Of a stretch of 30,863 bases of DNA, positions 27,744 through 30,863 are shown one piece after another (position 1 is the stretch's first letter; every line of letters starts with the position of its first letter). The stretch lies in the IMG/VR virus record IMGVR_UViG_3300045988_114391, positions 1-30,863 of that record; one strand, written 5' to 3'. The notes beneath the pieces were generated by a model, which saw nothing but the letters and a program-made list of their open reading frames with translations, was not told the DNA's origin and did not search any database. Source of the DNA: a virus. Made by a program: the position numbers and the translations under genes.

Positions 27744-29924
27744 TTATTTACGATAAGTATCTTGAGAAGTTTCTACATTAATTGTATAGTAGAACTTATT
27801 CTTACCTTGATTAGTATAAGTTTTATATTCACAATTTGTATCTGTAATCAATACTGGAGTGATAGTATTATCTTTAAGATTATGCAAATATACTTTGGTA
27901 CTCTCAATTAGATTAAACATCTTAGAAGCTTGAATATCATTTAAATAACCAGTATAAAGAACCCAGCTTGAAGTTATAGTATTCAAATACTTATTTCTTG
28001 CAAACTCTTGTGATGTATTTAATACTTTGCGAGTATATGTTTCAGATTTAATTTCATCAGTCTTTCTAACATTACCCTCAACAAGTAATGAATCTCATCC
28101 TCCTGCTGAATTAGTATAATATAATACATAATCTTTACCTGTGGTATCTATATCATATCTAATCTGTCTATCACTAATATTTCCGTCTTCTACAAATCCT
28201 ACTATTAAATAGCTCCCACAAGGCCATAGTTTATTGCTTAAATCTTCTGTATATGTATATCCATTAATTCCAGAATTTAAACTAATATCTATAGCAGTTG
28301 ATGTTCCATCTATATAAAAGAATCTATTAACAACTCCCGTTCCAGTTGGTAAAATTCAACTTGCTACTAAATATTGTCTGGGATCAACTAAACCAGTAAT
28401 AGGATCACTTAACATAGTACCTTTAGTCAAATCTCTATCTTTATAACTCCAATCATTGAAAAAAGTAATTGGTTTTTCATTTCCACTAGATGTTATCAAA
28501 GTAAATGGTTTCAAATATTCTGGAGATATTATAGTTTTAGAAGTATTAAATATAATACCATTAGATAGATAATTCTCAGCAACATTATTTAATAAAAACT
28601 CTACTCTATCAGTTTCTGGATATTTATAAGCTTTTCCAGCATAGACCATATCCCCTGCATAATCTAAATGATATTCAATAAAATCAGAACTGATAATTTC
28701 TTCCCAAACATAATCTTTCCAAATAGGAGATATATCAGATTTAACAGATTGTGTAATATTAATAGATAAATTAATAATACTTGAACTATTCTTTATAACA
28801 GATACTCCAATAGTTGCTTGTCTAGAAGATAAACCTGAATTTTCTGCAATGTTCAAACTAATAGTTGCTACACCTTGAGGATTCACAGTTATCTTCTGTC
28901 CACTAATCCAACCTACAGGAATGCTAAATACAACATCATCTAAGTTGTTTGAGCCTGTACCAGTTATATTTAAGGTAGATGCAGTTCAACTTACTTCATA
29001 ATTAGTATTAGGAATCACTAAAGATGTTGCAGCTTGTTTAATTGGAACTGTAGCTTCAAGAGTATAACCTCCAGAAGTTGTTGCAGTAACCATTGCACTA
29101 AACTCTAAATTATTAGTAGTTTTATTCTCTGGAACAGTTAATACAAAATAGTTATCAACAATATCCTTTTTAATATTACTAGCTTGAGGGCAGGTAACAT
29201 TAAATGAGGTAATTGTTTCTTCTGCTTTAGTTGTACTTAAATGGAATTCTTCAGTAACAAAAGCAGATGCTCCATAAGTTCCAGATGAAGGAGTTACTAC
29301 TAACTTTAAATCTTCTGGAGTATTGCTTTTTTCAATTTTAAAGCCGTAACTATAACTAATAAATTTATTAGTATCATAATAAGCCCCTAATTGGATAGTT
29401 ACAGTTAAATCAGTATTTCATTGAGTATTAGCTCTTACTGTAACTTTAAACTTAATAGAGCAAGAATCTCAATCCAGAACTTCCATATTAACTAAAGCTG
29501 TAGCATTAACAACTGCTGCATCTCATTTAATAATATCTGATCTATTTAATATATACTCTACTGTATATTCTCCACCAGTATTTGGTACTTTAATGGTGCC
29601 ATTAGCAGGATAATATCCAGGAGCTTTACTATGTAAATTAATTGGTAAATCTTCCTCTAATAAAGCAGTAGTAATGCCTCTAGGATAAAAATGAAATACA
29701 GTAGAAGAATCAGTAGTTATTGTTGTAGGAGATAAAAATTGTATTGTACATCCTTCTTTACTTGGATCCTGTATAGTTACATTTAAAGGCCCTTCTTCAG
29801 TATAATCATCTCCCCAAGTCCAATAATCATATTCTCCAGTAATTCCCCATCCAGGATTATTCCATTTAACAGGAAAACTCCTTGATGCATTATATATTCC
29901 TAATTTACTTGGTATAAATGCCAT
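27744..29924 (-). CDS. Large fibre/receptor-binding-type protein, 726 aa (six in-frame TGA) with a BACON-like domain
   Basis: Track ORFs 29523..29924, 28356..28886 and 27744..27986 are in one frame. Gaps were hand-translated and have TGA at 29523, 29469, 29418, 28986, 28356 and 28095. YEVS[W]TAS...VGWISGQKITVNPQGVATISLNIAENSGLSSRQATIGVSV fits the BACON pattern. Confidence 0.65.
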
Positions 29925-29926
29925 TT

Positions 29927-30415
29927 TTAAAAGTTTTTAAATAAATAATAATCTACTTGTCCTTGTAAGTCTTTAGTTATAGCATCATCAAGAAGTTCCA
30001 TATAGTTGTTCTCTATATATTCTATAGTATTAGCAAGTGGATGTTTTCCTTGAGTTCCTTGAAGATGTATCTTTCTTCCAATTAAATATGCAAGTTGATC
30101 TACAGTAGGTAACTTGCCATTATAAGGTCTTGGAATTACTGGCTTAGTTTTAATCCAACTCTTTATATCAGATAATGGAGGAAATTTACCAGCAGCTCTG
30201 CCTTCTTCAACATATTCTCAATAATCTAATAAGCTAAAATTAACCTCATATTCTCCATCTTGAGTCTCAACTACATAGTTTAAACTATTACCTAATGCTC
30301 CAGTGTCATCAGATCTGGTTTTAACTAATTCCTGTCTATAAAGAGAAATTATAAGATCTCCTCACTTCCTTAATAGCTCACTTAAATTTGAGAACTTTAA
30401 TTCTTGAATATTCAT
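29927..30415 (-). CDS. HK97 gp10-like head-tail/tail-completion protein candidate (two in-frame TGA)
   Basis: MNIQELKFSNLSELLRK[W]GDLIISLYRQELV...LLDY[W]EYVEEGRAAGKFPP...; the Y.EYVE.G motif resembles the gp10 family. Absent from the standard-code track. Confidence 0.5.
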
Positions 30416-30458
30416 TTTTGTTAAAATATATTATTTTATATATTAGTAGCTAATGAAA

Positions 30459-30479
30459 ATAGGGAGGTTTACTCCCTAT
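30459..30479. terminator. Intrinsic terminator hairpin (T-rich on both sides)
   Basis: atagggag-gttta-ctccctat followed by tttta (+ strand) or tttcatt (- strand). Confidence 0.7.
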
Positions 30480-30485
30480 TTTATA

Positions 30486-30535
30486 TGTAACTTTTTTATA
30501 TTATCTTAGTACCAAATATGAGTAAAAAGGTTACA
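30486..30535 (-). repeat. Intergenic 50-bp element, diverged inverted copy S4
   Basis: The minus strand reads TGTAACCTTTTTACTCA-tatttggtac-TAAGATAATATAAAAAA-GTTACA. It has the same block order and length as S1-S3 and abuts the stop codon at 30537. Confidence 0.6.
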
Positions 30536-30536
30536 G

Positions 30537-30863
30537 TTAATGTTTTCTTTTTCATTCTTCAATCTGTCTATTTTCTTCATTAGCTTTATCTATAACATAG
30601 CATATAATGTTAAGAAACTCTTTAATCTGCATATCATATATCTGATGTCAATTAAATCTGGTAACTTCACTTACCTTATCTATTCAGATAATTCAGCTTC
30701 ATTTTTGAGTAAAAGGATTAATCGTCTCGTCTGTATTAAGCTCTTCAGAAGTTTCCTCCTTTCCAGTTTGTCCTTGGTTTTCCTTAGTCTCTTCTTCATC
30801 TCCCTTTCCGAAGAGTGTAGGGTACTCAGCGTTGATACTTGCAATAAGTTTACAAAAAAAAAC
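30537..30863 (-). CDS. 3-prime part of the junction-spanning gene, read in the -1 frame after the T9 run (five in-frame TGA)
   Basis: ...ASINAEYPTLFGKGDEEETKENQGQTGKEETSEELNTDETINPFTQK[W]S[W]II[W]IDKVSEVTRFN[W]HQIYDMQIKEFLNIICYVIDKANEENRQIEE[W]KRKH, TAA at 30537. About 105 codons free of TAA/TAG in very AT-rich DNA. Confidence 0.5.
30765..30863. repeat. Second copy of the 99-nt terminal duplication
   Basis: Identical to 1..99. Confidence 0.9.

Noticed and set aside
5865-30535. The repeated 50-bp elements as a CRISPR array or as att sites
   Set aside because: The copies are 8-9 kb apart rather than arrayed with short spacers, and one is inverted. No cas or integrase genes are present.
1-30863. 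The broken ORFs as pseudogenes, a degraded prophage, or sequencing errors
   Set aside because: Every interruption I checked is TGA, never TAA or TAG. Frames are always preserved across the breaks, and essential genes (terL, portal, endolysin, tape measure) are affected alike. Random decay or errors would produce frameshifts and all three stop codons.
1-30863. TGA as Gly (code 25) or selenocysteine
   Set aside because: In-window paralogue pairs place TGA opposite TGG-encoded Trp (NLEW, SKNW), and conserved aromatic positions fit Trp (GFKWRY, GGYMWTY). About 50 sites spread across ordinary structural proteins is incompatible with selenocysteine.

Overview
This window is a complete, circularly closing genome of a strongly AT-rich tailed dsDNA phage. 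Bases 1..99 are identical to 30765..30863, so the unique length is 30764 nt. Almost all genes are on the minus strand; a short plus-strand early/replication module sits at 5217..8134.

The main result is that TGA is a sense codon here, almost certainly Trp (translation table 4). The supplied standard-code ORF track therefore splits real genes into pieces. On the coding strand, every break I checked between consecutive track ORFs is TGA. The flanking pieces are in the same frame, and the gaps I hand-translated contain no TAA or TAG. Every gene end I checked is TAA or TAG.

Re-read in code 4, the genome is tightly packed:
- Packaging: small and large terminase.
- Tail and host recognition: a gp10-like connector, two very large proteins (726 and 1146 aa) with Ig/BACON-like domains, and a 919-aa tape-measure-like protein.
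- Head and tail tube: XkdF-like protease, scaffold, HK97-like capsid protein and a tail-tube protein.
- Fibres: several fibre and LRR-type proteins.
- Portal and a lysis cassette (holin candidate plus M15 endolysin).
- Early genes: an SF2 helicase and a T5orf172 protein.
- A two-gene, ECF-sigma-like pair.
- Four free-standing homing endonucleases (2 HNH, 2 GIY-YIG) plus the GIY-YIG-related T5orf172 gene.

Non-coding features:
- Five strong intrinsic terminators.
- Four promoters of the Bacteroidota type (TTTG-N19-21-TAnnTTTG).
- A family of about 50-bp intergenic elements at module boundaries (four full copies and one half copy).
- A T9 run that is either a -1 frameshift site or a homopolymer miscall.

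By eye I found no tRNA, rRNA, CRISPR array, integrase or DNA polymerase. All coordinates and translations were done by hand, so boundaries may be off by a codon or so.
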